Assembly (NCBI RefSeq): GCF_902713615.1 | Contig: NC_052152.1 | Coordinates: 85,821,228 to 85,885,227 of the forward strand | DNA length: 64,000 nucleotides | Direction: 5' to 3' | Source of the DNA: Scyliorhinus canicula | Lineage: Eukaryota | Part shown: positions 63,090 through 64,000 of the stretch, one piece after another | Layout of the letters: the number at the start of each line of letters is the position of its first letter | How positions within the stretch are numbered: position 1 is the first letter of the stretch | Notes under the pieces: generated by a model | The model's database searches: none | Told to the model about the DNA's origin: nothing | The model's input: only the letters and a program-made list of their open reading frames with translations | Made by a program: the position numbers and the translations under genes

Positions 63090-63700
63090 TGCCCTGCTTC
63101 AACTTTGAGCTAAATACCAGGTAGGGTGTGATGGAGGAGAGATGGGACACCCTCTTCCCTAGGGCAGGCAGGAGGCTCCTGCCCGTGGTCATCAAAAGGG
63201 CCTAGGCGGAGGTGGCTCAGGCGGTCGTGATGTGAGCTTCATTCGGTGGACTGGCACTCAGTGACGCAAGAAGATAAACAACCTCCTTAGGGCTGCTCGA
63301 GTGAGCCACTACCTCTGTTCCCCTGGGATCACTCATGTCCCTCACTCCTCACATCACACACCCACTTCCATAGGCCAATCAATGCTCACCTACTTTCATC
63401 TCCCTCACATCCCATCCTGCACCAAACCCCAATACCTGTATGTCCTCTTTGGCCAGCTGCCTTGCATATACATGCCACCAGCTACAGACTCCCTGTGTAA
63501 CTCTCCTCCATGTGTCTCACCGTGCCCTTTATGTGTCCCCTAGGAAAAAGTAGCCCATAACAGAATGGAGCGGGAGAGGAACAGAGGGGGTAGCATTGAC
63601 CTAAGGGCTCTCACCCCTGACAAGCAGAGGGTGATGGAATTATCTGGGAATATGAAGGAGATGCTATCTCCGAGGCGGAGGTTGGCATGCGACAACAGAG
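63090..63700 (+). pseudogene. Harbinger Myb/SANT-like gene remnant with a putative intron (63301-63543)
   Basis: MEERWDTLFP, KKINNLLRAAR|GTGAG donor; pyrimidine tract TAG|EKVAHNRMERER...DLRALTPDKQRVMEL. Confidence 0.6.
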
Positions 63701-64000
63701 TGAGTCCCTAATGCAAATTGACATCCCTATGGCAAGTTGGTCACCCCTCTCCACCAGACCACTCCTTCCCAAGAACTCTCCATGTGCCTTTAGTCTTGCA
63801 AGATCACCATCAGACTATGCCGGCCGTTTGGTTACCTTACCCCCAATACATCCGAGGACCAGTCCTCGGATGACACCAACTTCTCAGCACTGCATTCACC
63901 TGCATCCTCCACCTTCACAGAGACTATCACCTCAGTGGGACATTTTAGTGAAGAGGCTCCTGGGTCAGCTTCTGGTGCCCATGTCACACATGCAACTGCA

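Overview
Repeat-dense eukaryotic DNA with no host exon I can recognise. The tRNA-headed SINEs and CR1 LINEs look like the HE1/HER1 type, so I infer a cartilaginous fish (shark); that host assignment is not shown directly by the sequence. Two composite LTR elements dominate. (1) A 9.6-kb decayed provirus on the minus strand (9907-19555): TG..CA LTRs, 4-bp ACAT TSD, PBS and PPT. It has a coiled-coil/CCHC Gag joined to Pol by an in-frame TGA-CGG, and Pol runs PR-RT-degenerate RNase H-second RNase H-IN, an architecture like retroviruses and lokiretroviruses. In place of env it has a tiny frameshifted membrane glycoprotein gene. (2) A 6.2-kb non-autonomous Mag-like Gypsy element (32333-38516, minus). 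Its RT/RH/IN region is replaced by an intronless NAP1L1 histone-chaperone domain directly after the protease, followed by a decayed ORF with SIM-like, NLS-like and Lys-rich repeats. The rest of the window is CR1, Rex1/Babar, L1 and Penelope fragments, Harbinger remnants and MITEs, a hAT/Charlie element inserted into a 26-bp G-rich minisatellite, solo LTRs and SINEs. Boundaries of old repeats are approximate.
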